Below, one piece after another: positions 9,560 through 18,961 of a DNA stretch of 64,000 bases (positions are counted from its first letter, which is position 1; every line of letters begins with the position of its first letter). This DNA comes from an uncultured delta proteobacterium. Lineage in GTDB: Bacteria > Desulfobacterota > BSN033 > UBA1163. The notes under the pieces are model-generated. The model was given only the letters and a program-made list of their open reading frames with translations. It did not search any database and was not told the origin of the DNA. The position numbers were made by a program, and so were the translations under genes. The stretch lies in contig CAWHBU010000002.1 in NCBI GenBank assembly GCA_963827685.1, positions 960,001 through 1,024,000 on the forward strand. The letters are read 5' to 3'.

Positions 9560-10117
9560 TTAATAATCAATCCCGGGCTGCGGCTCAATCCCTTTGTTAT
9601 AGGCGTGCTTCACTTCCTTAATTTCACTCACTGTGTCCGCCAACTCAATCACCCGAGGGTGGGCGTCCCGTCCCGTCAAAACGAGATGCATCAAAGGGGG
9701 TTTGCGTCGAATGATTTCTAAAACCTGTTCCAAATCCCCTAATCGAAGATGCAGAGCATTGTTGATTTCATCCAATATGAGGATATCGTGCTAACCTGAT
9801 TCCATCTTCTGATGCGTTAATTGGATTGCCCCCTGAGCATTCATTCTGTGTTCCTTATAAGGATACGGGTTTCCCTGAATACCGCAGAATCCTTTCCCAG
9901 TGGGAATCAGCTCCACCTCGCAACCCATCTTCTTCACTCCATCCCATTCGCCTGCATAGATATCACCCTTCATGAACTGGATGATACAGACCCTCATGTT
10001 GTGGCCGCATGCCCGAACCGCAATACCGAGGGCGGTTGTCGTCTTTCCTTTGCCATGACCAGTAATCACAACGACAAGTCCTTTCCTTTCTTTGGGAATC
10101 AATCGAGTTATTTCCAC
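9560..10117 (-). CDS. cobO: Cob(I)alamin adenosyltransferase CobO/BtuR with in-frame TAG (readthrough or pseudogene)
   Basis: TGHGKGKTTTALG, IQFMKG, then MESG-TAG(9791-9793)-HDILILDEINNAL in the same frame, LVLTGR, ADTVSE, KHAY...GIDY; GTG start 8 nt after GGAGG. Confidence 0.88.
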
Positions 10118-10181
10118 GACCCTAACCTCCTTCAATAATAATATCACATTTTTCCAAATGCTTTCACTCAATTAATTAACA

Positions 10182-10256
10182 AAGGAAGCGTTGTCTGACC
10201 TGACGGTGTCTGTCACGCATAATTCTGACTTCTACACAAATCAATGCGCATAATAT
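10182..10256. repeat. 75-bp diverged direct repeat, copy 2
   Basis: Matches 8217-8291; its right end abuts the truncated nucleotidyltransferase. Confidence 0.8.
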
Positions 10257-10259
10257 CAA

Positions 10260-10655
10260 GTGATTGGGGGTATCGCCTCTATCCTCTATGGAGTGCCAAG
10301 AGTTACCTTTGATTTAGATATCCTCATCGAACCCACCCCAGACAATGCACAACGGTTACTTGATTCACTCCTGGGTGCCGGGCTCGGGACTGCCTCTCTA
10401 ACGAATGCTAAAGAACTTCTTTCTAATGAGATCACTGTTTTTAAGGACTGGGTACGCATTGATGTCCAGACAGTCACTCCACGACTAAATTTCCAAGAGG
10501 CATGGGAACGGCGAGAAACGATGACCTTTCAAGGCCAGATATTTCACGTGCTTTCAAAAAAAGATTTGATCTCGTCCGAAAGAGCATCAGGCCGTGATGT
10601 TGATCTTGAAGATGTAAGGTTGCTTGAGCTGCCAGAAACCAAAGAAGAATTATAA
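10260..10655 (+). pseudogene. Nucleotidyltransferase-fold protein (AbiEii/MNT-like), probably 5'-truncated
   Basis: VIGGIA...PRVTFDLDIL and C-terminal GR..DLED motifs; an in-frame TAA lies three codons upstream and there is no RBS, so the usual N-terminal helix is missing. Confidence 0.65.
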
Positions 10656-10911
10656 CCAAAAAAGTGAAACAGCAGGGTTTGGGTGTCTTGAATCTTCTCA
10701 CTATTCGACGCTCCCCTACCCTGACAGGCCTACCCTACCGGACGCACCTTTATCCAAACCACCGGTTACTCTCAGGAACAGGTAGTCCGTACTTTGTTCT
10801 AAAAAATGTAGCTGCCTGTTTAGAGAAAATAAGTAATAGAATTCGACAATGTCTCCGGGACGTTCGATGCTATTAACACGGGTCCACCATTTCAAGACTA
10901 AACGTATTGTT

Positions 10912-11409
10912 CTATGAACGTATGTTATGCTTTGCCAGCCAATCGCGCACAGCATGACCGGTTCCGAATGGCCACGGCTTCAATTTATCTACGGGAATCC
11001 ATTTGATTTCCGCTAATTCATCTCCCAACTTAATTTCCCCAGCAATAGAGAGTTGATAGGCGATAATCAATTGGTTCTTTTCAAAAAAAGAATAAATGCC
11101 TACCAATTCCATAATCTCGGAATCAAGCCCCAGTTCCTCCTTCACTTCTCTCTTGACGGCCGTTTCCGGTGTCTCCCCTTTTTCCAGAAATCCTGTGATG
11201 AGTCCGAATACCTTTTCAGGCCATTCTTTATTCCGCGCAAGAAGGACTTTGCCGTCCCTTTCGATGATGGCCGCAACGACCGGCAAAGGATTGTCCCAGA
11301 ACACATAACCGCAGTTATTCGATATACAGCAAAGGAGATCCTTCCCGTTCACAGTGTTCTTCGTTAAACACTCTCCACACAATGGACAATATTTAAATTC
11401 AGTCATCAC
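10912..11409 (-). CDS. NUDIX hydrolase with N-terminal zinc ribbon
   Basis: KYCPLCG...CGYVFWDNP and Nudix box GFLEKGETPETAVKREVKEELG. Confidence 0.9.
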   Translation of the reverse strand: MMTEFKYCPLCGECLTKNTVNGKDLLCCISNNCGYVFWDNPLPVVAAIIERDGKVLLARNKEWPEKVFGLITGFLEKGETPETAVKREVKEELGLDSEIMELVGIYSFFEKNQLIIAYQLSIAGEIKLGDELAEIKWIPVDKLKPWPFGTGHAVRDWLAKHNIRS

Positions 11410-11625
11410 ATCCTCATCTTAAAAAAAGTGATTTACACTGGAAAATAAAAAGAGGAAATAACGTCGTTCGATTGGTAAAATCTTCCTACAACCCCATTTT
11501 CCAAAAGGCAAAATTAAAAGTCTCCTTTAATCAAGTGAAATTCAGCGGGATCTTTACAATCCTGCTTAATGCCCCTTTGACGAGGCTCCAAATCTCACTG
11601 ATATCTCATTGTCTCGGTTGTTTTC

Positions 11626-12891
11626 CTAAAACGCTCTCCCTTTCCCCGGTATCCATTTCCCGGTCTTTGGGTCCAACTCGACACAGACAGGGATGTGGCA
11701 GACGCCAAGGTGGGCATGGCAGTTGTTCGTGCAATCCTGAGCAGTCTCGTACTTCTGCTGATCGCATCTGCAAAGCCAACGACACTTCGCCTCGGCCTTT
11801 TTCAGGAGAACGCGTAGTAGCTGTATTTCCTGCCCGTAGGCTGCAAGCTCTTCTTTTGCCTCACCCCACACGGTGAGGAGGAGGACTTTTTTTGTCCGCA
11901 ATCGTTCAAGACATCTCGAGGCGTGATACGTTTCATGGATATAGGCATATTCTGACAGTTCCTTGCACGGCACCGCCTGATCCATAGATTTTTTGCTTGC
12001 TTCGTCTATTTTGCACGACAATGGATCGGTATGAATTTCCAGAACCCCGGAGCCCGCAAATTTACAGTTGTCCTTGACATCTGATTCGATTTGAGAGGGT
12101 ATCTTTGCAAGGATATCGCTCCACAATGTCTTCTTATCGTCATCGTTGGCCTGAATAGCCTCTAGTCTGTCCTCCTGACTTGGCAGTTCTCCCAGATCGA
12201 TATAGTCAGTCCCCTGCTTCTCGATGTTGCCCCAGTTCCTCTCAGCTGCTACCTTCTTAATTGCCTGGATGATGGCCTCTTTCTCTTTGATAAGGCTTTT
12301 GATGCACTTAACGTACTTGCATTGCTCACAACTCTCCTTCGCATCCTGGCCGCCACCCGACGCTCCTGGCTTATCAGGCTTTCCTTCGCCCGTAGTGTCT
12401 TTTTTAGAATCACTTTTCGCGGGTGGCGTGGCAGCCTTCTTCGTAGAAGTCGTGAGTGCTTGACTTTTGGAGCTGAATTGCTGCCGGTCGCATGCGGGGT
12501 CTTTCTTAAGCCAGGTCGAGCTGCCGGGGCCGGGGCTTCCGCTCAGGGCCTTGAAGGGCAAAACCAGCGTGCAGCCGTCAAACTGGAGCGGCTGGTTATC
12601 CGCTCACCACTCCATTTCCTTGAAGCGCACCGTGATGCGGTTGTTGCCGATCGAGTAGTTGCCGCTATCTTCGACCGTCTCGCCCGGTTGGGTTGCAAGC
12701 AAACGCAGAGACCCTTTCTTCGAGCCTTCGAAAGTAAGCGTTACCGTTGCAGCGGACTTGGGCTTCGTGCCATCAGAGTCGCCGATGAGTGTATAGCTGC
12801 CCGCAATTTCCGGGACAGATGCCAATGCCGACCCGGCCACCAACAGGATGACCACCATTGTTAACCATACTATGTGTTTTCTGGTATCCAT
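11626..12891 (-). CDS. Secreted Cys-rich hypothetical protein with HExxH motif and in-frame TGA at codon 96
   Basis: GGAGGAGG RBS and signal peptide MDTRKHIVWLTMVVILLVAGSALA; the two track ORFs are in one frame, joined by TGA at 12604-12606; HETYH...EELAAY; C-terminal Cys cluster. Confidence 0.7.
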
Positions 12892-13235
12892 TTCGACCCT
12901 CCTCCTCCGAAATTCCAGCATAATATATCGCAGACCTTTTACTATTACCACTAAAAGCTCGATTGAAAGAGAGTGCCTTATCAATGAAACGGCACGTGGG
13001 TTCTAAAACATTTTAATAAGCTGTGGGTAGTTGCTGAGTTCTATCACTATTTTTTCTAAACATCGAAGTATATTTCTTAGGTTAAAGGGAAAGGAGGGCA
13101 AAGACATCATTGTTTCAGATAACATTATCTCTCCCCATGTCCATTCAGTGCAGAGAATATGCCCCAATCAAATTCATGTCAAGATTGAAATATGACGAAA
13201 TCGCGGATGTCGGGTTCGATGTGGCGAGGGCCTAC

Positions 13236-14794
13236 CTACGGCAATAGCATCTCGATCAGATGGGGCCCTGGTTCGGCAAGGGCCTTGCTCAGTTCCCGCC
13301 CAAGATCTTCTGCTGTGCTGACCATAACCCCTGGAATCCCAAACCCTTGAGCAATTTTTACCCAATCGATCGGAGGGTTTTTCAGTTCTGTCAGTGCCTG
13401 AGTATTAGGGCCATCGGACGTAATACCTGCACGTTTTAGCTCTATCTGCAGAATCCGGTAGCTCCGGTTGGAGCAGATCAGGGTGGTAACGTTTAACCCT
13501 TCACGGGCCTGCGTCCACAGGGCCTGTATCGTGTACATGGCGCTCCCATCTCCCTGCAAATCGATCACCGGTCGGTCAGGACAGGCGATTGCAGCACCGG
13601 TCGCGCAGGGAATGCCTTGCCCGAGCGCCCCGCCCGCCAGCGTCATAAGGCTGTAGGGGAGCAGCCAAGCAGGCGGAGCGAAATAAAGAAATCCCGTTGT
13701 GCCGGATTCATCGACAATGATGGCATTCTCCGGCTGAATTGCCGCTATCACGAGAGAGGCCTTGTCGGCCGTCAGCTTGCCATCCGGTATTGCTGCCTGC
13801 TGCCGTCCCGCGAAGAAATTGTCGTCAATAGTGAGGTGCGAAGGGGCCCCAGAGCATCGGCGAGATATTCGAGCGCCTCCACAACATTCTGCCGATCCGT
13901 GCACAGAGTGATTCTCTCTTGCTCATCAGCCAAAATCTTACTCGTAAAACCAGGGTACCCAAAGAAGGCAACCGGTTCCGGAGCTCCCGCGAATACTACT
14001 ACCTCATAGCGCGAAATCATGGCAGTCGCCTGCTTCGGAAAATAAGGGAGCCGTTCCACGATTGGCAATCCCGAACCACGCTCCATGTATCCGGGAAACG
14101 TTTTGGTCAGAAGATCACATCCGATCTTCTTTTGGATGCGTCCGGCTGCATCCAGGCCAGGCTTTCGCAACGCTCTCCCACCGAGCAGGAGTGCCATCTT
14201 GTGAGAGGTTCGCAATCGGGAGGCAGCCGCTTCAATGGTAGCGTGCTCGAGAGGATCAAAGGGTGCACCAGGTGTCTTCACTCTATAGTCATCACATTCG
14301 GCCAGTTGATAATCATGGGGCACGATCAGGGTGGCCACTTGACCCAGCCGAGTCGCACTAACAGCATCCGCAATATCCACCGCAATGTCGCGAGCCGACT
14401 TGCTCGTCCGCTGCCATCCTGAGACCGTCCTGGCCAGGCCCTCAATATCCATGGCGAGTGGAGGATCTGCATCCCGATGCCACGTTGCATGCTCGCCAAC
14501 CACGTTCAGCACGGGCGATTTGGCGCGCCGTGCATTATGTAGGTTGGAAATCCCATTGGCGAGACCAGGGCCCAGGTGTAGCAGCACCATTGCTGGTTTG
14601 TCCAGCATCCGTCCGTAACCATCGGCAGCACCGGTACAGACACCCTCGAAGAGACCCAGAAAAGCCTTGATACCGGGCGTTGTGTCGAGCGCCGTAACGA
14701 TCGGCAGTTCAGTGGTACCAGGATTCGCAAAACAGACCTCCACACCCGCCCCGATGGCAGCCTTTACAATCAGTTCAGCACCGTTCATGGTCAT
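13236..14794 (-). pseudogene. Acetolactate synthase large subunit-like TPP enzyme, frameshifted
   Basis: MNGAE...FANPGTTE, EGVCTGAADGY, GDGSAMYTIQALWT (TPP motif); frame change at a G4 run (13847-13850) that one extra G would repair. Confidence 0.85.
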
Positions 14795-14836
14795 CTCCCT
14801 TTATTAGGCGTAGATACTTACTCATTGAAATCTGAG

Positions 14837-15008
14837 AATTTATCTCCAACATTTAGAACAATTTCCCTAAAGGCCTCCCCTCCCCACCGTGGGAGGGGAT
14901 CAAGGGGAGGGGGAACCAATCGATTTTGTCCACCCCCACCCTGACCCTCCCCCATCTAAGGGGGAGGGAATATACAGGGAAAATTTCAAATATCTTTGGT
15001 TAGAATTT
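14837..15008. repeat. Composite palindromic REP/MITE-like element (C-rich/G-rich hairpins)
   Basis: CCCCTCCCCACCGTGGGAGGGG and CCCTCCCCCATCTAAGGGGGAGGG hairpins in imperfect inverted flanks; relatives near 20797, 32032, 41160, 42379, 50188, 51319, 59003 and 61860. Confidence 0.7.
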
Positions 15009-15128
15009 CAATCATCGGGATCTCAGTCATTGTTTGGTTATTAGCCTGCCTGCCCTGTACCAGTACGGTTCAGGGCCTGGGCGTAGTCCCGCCTTGCGGG
15101 AGTGGAATTTGGTGCTTCTATTTCGGAT

Positions 15129-16100
15129 TTATAACCTATCGAGATCAACGTTATCTTCGCCCTTTGCAAACTCAATAAAGACATCCTCTAAATCTATCTG
15201 TCCTAAAGTGACTTTTTTGATCTGGGCACCTCCTTGGGAGAGCAAGGCGATGATGTTTCCCAATCTTCTCTCCCCATCATCCACAATGATTTCACAAAGG
15301 CCTCCAGAGATACCATAGTTAATGACCCCGTCGGCACGGAGCAATTCGTCTTCCAAAATCGTCCCTTTAAATTCAATCTTCACCGTATCTCCGATTCGGA
15401 CCATCCGTTTCAGGGCCTCTGCAGTCCCGGTGGTGAGGATCCTTCCCTCTTTCAAAAAAGCAATACGACCGCAGAGATATTCTGCCTCCTTCATATTGTG
15501 GGTGGTGAGGAGGACGGTCATTCCCCTTTTCCTATGAATTGAAAGAATCTCCTCTCGAATTCGGATGGAGACATCCGGATCGAGGCCGACCGTGGGTTCG
15601 TCGAGGAAAAGAACCTCTGGATCGTTCATAAGGGATTTCGCAAGGGAGAGTCGCTGTTTCATGCCGGTGGACAGCTCATCAAAAGGAATATTTCGGTGCT
15701 CTTTCAGCTTGAAAAGGTCGATCAATGTTTCAACCTTTTTCTCACGCTCCTTCCCCGTCAGTCCGTAAAGCATGCCGTAGTAGTGAAGGTTCTCCTTTAC
15801 GGTCAGGCTCCAGAGGAAGTTGGCATTTCCACTTACGATGTTCACTTTCTTCCTAATTTGACGGACGTCGTGGAGGCCATCCATACCCAAAATATAGACA
15901 TTGCCGCGATCAGGAAGGAGTAATGTGCAGAGAATCGACAAAAGAGTGGTCTTCCCTGCGCCATTGGGCCCGAGGATGCCGAAGATCTCCCTTTCTTCGA
16001 TCTGAAGGTCAACCCCTTTAAGAGCTTCCTTCTCTCGCTTCTTCCACCAACCTGATCGAAAGGTCTTGAATATTCCTTCTGCTTTAATTGCTAAAGACAT
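15129..16100 (-). CDS. ABC transporter ATP-binding protein (DrrA/ABC-2 type)
   Basis: GPNGAGKTT, LSTGMKQR, LFLDEPT, TTHNM; the track N-terminal extension runs through a REP element. Confidence 0.9.
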   Translation of the reverse strand: MSLAIKAEGIFKTFRSGWWKKREKEALKGVDLQIEEREIFGILGPNGAGKTTLLSILCTLLLPDRGNVYILGMDGLHDVRQIRKKVNIVSGNANFLWSLTVKENLHYYGMLYGLTGKEREKKVETLIDLFKLKEHRNIPFDELSTGMKQRLSLAKSLMNDPEVLFLDEPTVGLDPDVSIRIREEILSIHRKRGMTVLLTTHNMKEAEYLCGRIAFLKEGRILTTGTAEALKRMVRIGDTVKIEFKGTILEDELLRADGVINYGISGGLCEIIVDDGERRLGNIIALLSQGGAQIKKVTLGQIDLEDVFIEFAKGEDNVDLDRL

Positions 16101-16158
16101 TATGCGTCCCCGTGATTCGTGTCTGTGGTGTCCGTAAATCCAAAATCGTGTGAGAAAT

Positions 16159-16218
16159 GTAGCGTCGGCATTTACTGCCGACGAATTCTCTTTCGCCCCC
16201 ATTAAATGGGGGCGCTAC
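16159..16218. repeat. GTAG-type REP doublet (inverted relative at 46511-46571)
   Basis: GTAG-CGTCGGCA..TGCCGACG, spacer, CGCCCCCA..TGGGGGCG-CTAC; single units at about 51725 and 62503. Confidence 0.8.
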
Positions 16219-16257
16219 AGAATCTTACTTCGTGTTTTCACTCCGCAATCCGCATTC

Positions 16258-16291
16258 CCTGCCTGCGCGAAGCCGCTTCGGCGAAGGCAGG
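16258..16291. repeat. 34-bp CCTGCC...GGCAGG miniature palindromic element
   Basis: Exact reverse-complement copy at 59080-59113; shorter relatives near 15046, 27594, 45665 and 50083. Confidence 0.8.
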
Positions 16292-16326
16292 CGAATTCCG
16301 CAATAGAAAAAAGTAGTCATTCCCCC

Positions 16327-16764
16327 TCACTCTGGCATTGTCCATAGAAACAAGCCGGTCGTCTCATCAAAATCCCTCTGTAACATTGGCCCGTCAAAGA
16401 CTTCCAGCATGAACTCACATGCAAAAACCACCGTTCCCGATGCGAGATGGCCTCCATAGGCATTTCCTCTCTTGTCCGTCAGTGTGATGTGTGCATGGAC
16501 AAAGGGACTGTTATCCTTGAGTGAGACATTGCCTACGAGCTTAGTGATTTCAAGCGGCTGATCTATTACAAAGAATTGATACTCATGCGTTTCCTGGTTG
16601 TAGAATGCAAGGCGGGCCCTCTGAACTGCACCCAGCGCCTCGAAACGCGCAAGCTGGATATTTTCCCTTAGGCAAATATCAGTCATCTCTTCCAGCAAGT
16701 CACCCCCGTGACTTAGTTTTCCAATGAATACTTCCTTTGGTTTGATCTTCTTCATAATTGCCAT
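16327..16764 (-). CDS. PPC/DUF296 domain protein
   Basis: ALGAVQRA, LEITKLVGNVS, HAHITL and AYGGHL motifs. Confidence 0.88.
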   Translation of the reverse strand: MAIMKKIKPKEVFIGKLSHGGDLLEEMTDICLRENIQLARFEALGAVQRARLAFYNQETHEYQFFVIDQPLEITKLVGNVSLKDNSPFVHAHITLTDKRGNAYGGHLASGTVVFACEFMLEVFDGPMLQRDFDETTGLFLWTMPE

Positions 16765-16920
16765 ATCTGTCTCCGCTTTCTATTTTATGCGGACATTATT
16801 TTACATGCTGTTTTCTATACTTTCGTAAAATTATGCCCCAAAGTCAAGGCCCAAAGCCAAGGATTGATTCATAGAAAGTATTATGGTAGTATTTATTCAT
16901 ACCAGGAAAGGAGGTCCAAA

Positions 16921-17157
16921 ATGGGAATGGCGGTTAAGAAGACGATATCTCTTCCACCAGACCTCGCAAGAGAGGTTGAAGAAATAGCTCGTGAAGAAAA
17001 GAAACCCGTTAGCGCGGTCATTCAAGATGCTCTTAGATCTGCGAGAAAGGAAAGACTCAAAGAGGAATTCTATCAGATTCAGAATTATTGGAGTCGCAAG
17101 GCAAAAGAGAAAGGGGTTCTCACTGAAAAAGACCTCGAAAGATATCTGAAACCATGA
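16921..17157 (+). CDS. Ribbon-helix-helix (CopG-like) antitoxin
   Basis: KKTISLPPDLAREVEEIAREE..VSAVIQDAL; AGGAGG RBS; ATGA overlap with the PIN gene. Confidence 0.8.
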   Translation: MGMAVKKTISLPPDLAREVEEIAREEKKPVSAVIQDALRSARKERLKEEFYQIQNYWSRKAKEKGVLTEKDLERYLKP

Positions 17158-17525
17158 GAGTCGTATTTGACACGAACATTTTCATTTCTGCACTTGTGAT
17201 CCCCAGGAGCTTGGCCGAAAAGGCAATTCTTAAGATCATCGGAGGTGCGGACATTTTAGTCATATCCAAGGATATCATTAATGAGGTTTTATCCGTTCTT
17301 TCATCGAAGTTCAATCGTGACAAAGAAGGTCTTAGCCATGTCGCTGTTATGCTTTCAGAACTTGCCGAGTTGGTAAAGCCGATTAAAAAAATCAGCATTT
17401 TCAAAGATGACCCTGATAACAGAATTCTCGAATGTGCAATACATGGCAAAGCTGATGTTTTGGTTACAGGCGATAAAGAGATGCTTCAGCTAAGAGACTG
17501 TACACGCTACCTATTCATGAGCTAA
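17154..17525 (+). pseudogene. PIN-domain toxin (VapC-like), C-terminus replaced by the inserted element
   Basis: MRVVFDTNIFISAL, DDPDNRILECA, LVTGDKE; last 8 residues (CTRYLFMS) are read from the element end starting at 17499. Confidence 0.8.
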
Positions 17526-18548
17526 AAAAAGGGGTAAAATTGGGTGACACTTTTTATTGATGTGAACCCTGATATGTCCACTGGATTGGAGCCAGGATTC
17601 CACCGCGATCCTCCAGGCTGATTCTCTGACAGCCAGTCCAGATTGATTCATTGCCAACAAAATCCTTTCCACCCTTTCCATTACCCAATCATAGATTCCC
17701 CTCCTTTGCCGTTTCGTAAAAGCCGGTCTGTTGCCAGATTCAAAGAATGCCTGACAGGATGTCTTCCCATTCAGGCAAGGCCGGATCCGATGGTTCAGAT
17801 CATTGACCGCAGCTTCCGCATACGCAGCGATATGATCCCGGTAGCCATGCAAACCCAACATAATTTTCTTCCGTAGAGTTGTCTTCACCTCTCGTTGTGA
17901 CTCTTCGATTGCTCCATTGTAGGGTGCATAATACTCCGGATTGTTCAAAGGTAGAACAAATGATTCGGCTAATACATCGTTGATGGCGGTGTGGTTCATA
18001 TTCCCTTCATTATCCCGCTTCAACACCAGAGGCGTGCCATACCGATCAAACTTCTCGCTCAGATATCCAGCCACCTCTTCTCCAACCGGATACTCTCCGG
18101 CCATCGGCAAAAACTTGTACCGCGAGCCCAGATCCTGCGTATTGTGCAAATAGATTTTACCGGCTATCCCCAGGTCATATGCCGTGAAGTCCATAGCCCA
18201 CACTACCCCTGGCGTCAGCCATTCGATCCAGCGAAGATGGGCACGGCGATCCGACTCCAGGTCGTGCCGTACCCGCTCCACCATTCGCCCCAGCTCCCGC
18301 CGTGACACACTAAACCGGTACCGTTGATATAAGCCGGTTGTTCCTACACTCCGCTTCACCCCATGATCTAACGATTGAACCTCCGTGTCAAGAACCGAAG
18401 GATCAAACGGTTGTACCTTCTTCGGACCCGGACGATTGATTAAAACAACGTTTTCCTTGATCCTGAAGCGCCACCGGTTAAAACTCGCTAAAGGGAGCTG
18501 AAGCGTCTTGCAAATCATCCCATAAGGCATCCCTGTCCGTTCCTTCAT
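17511..18548 (-). CDS. DDE integrase-core transposase 2 (OrfB-like)
   Basis: VWAMDFT, LKRDNEG and NGAIEES triad; frame stays open upstream to the A9 run at 18599-18607. Confidence 0.82.
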   Translation of the reverse strand: MKERTGMPYGMICKTLQLPLASFNRWRFRIKENVVLINRPGPKKVQPFDPSVLDTEVQSLDHGVKRSVGTTGLYQRYRFSVSRRELGRMVERVRHDLESDRRAHLRWIEWLTPGVVWAMDFTAYDLGIAGKIYLHNTQDLGSRYKFLPMAGEYPVGEEVAGYLSEKFDRYGTPLVLKRDNEGNMNHTAINDVLAESFVLPLNNPEYYAPYNGAIEESQREVKTTLRKKIMLGLHGYRDHIAAYAEAAVNDLNHRIRPCLNGKTSCQAFFESGNRPAFTKRQRRGIYDWVMERVERILLAMNQSGLAVRESAWRIAVESWLQSSGHIRVHINKKCHPILPLFLAHE

Positions 18549-18592
18549 ACTCTCAATCGTCTCTACAACCTTTCTGATCGCTTCTTGCCGAT

Positions 18593-18961
18593 CTATTGTT
18601 TTTTTTTAGCGCCGCCGCGGTCCCGAAACTCCTCATACACCCCCAGGAACTCTTTCACCTTGGTGGTCTGCTTCGCGACATCCAGCTTCTTCTCCAATTC
18701 CTGGATCCGCTCCAGAAGCGTCTCCTTCTCTTCGTCCACAGGCACAGGCGGTCTTCCCGCAGGATGATTCTCCAACGCCAGGGCCATGGCTTTGAGCGAC
18801 TTCTCCTCCCACTCGTAATACGTCTTGCGCGACACCCCCAGCCGCTGCGCTCCCTCCTTTGCAGTTAAGGCTCCACTGCGCACCTGGAGAATCACCAGCG
18901 CCCGCTCCCGTGCAAGTTTCTGTTCCTTCTCCCTCTCGTGCCGCCGTTTCCTTTCCTCCAT
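18593..18961 (-). CDS. HTH protein (OrfA-like), probably fused to OrfB by -1 slippage
   Basis: TAKEGAQRLGVSRKTYYEWE HTH, GRP motif, coiled coil; ends GCT AAA AAA AAA CAA TAG; GGGAG RBS. Confidence 0.78.
   Translation of the reverse strand: MEERKRRHEREKEQKLARERALVILQVRSGALTAKEGAQRLGVSRKTYYEWEEKSLKAMALALENHPAGRPPVPVDEEKETLLERIQELEKKLDVAKQTTKVKEFLGVYEEFRDRGGAKKKQ

Noticed and set aside
10244-10271. dif/Xer site (TGCGCATAAT resembles the XerC arm)
   Set aside because: No XerD arm, and the motif is not conserved in the other repeat copy.
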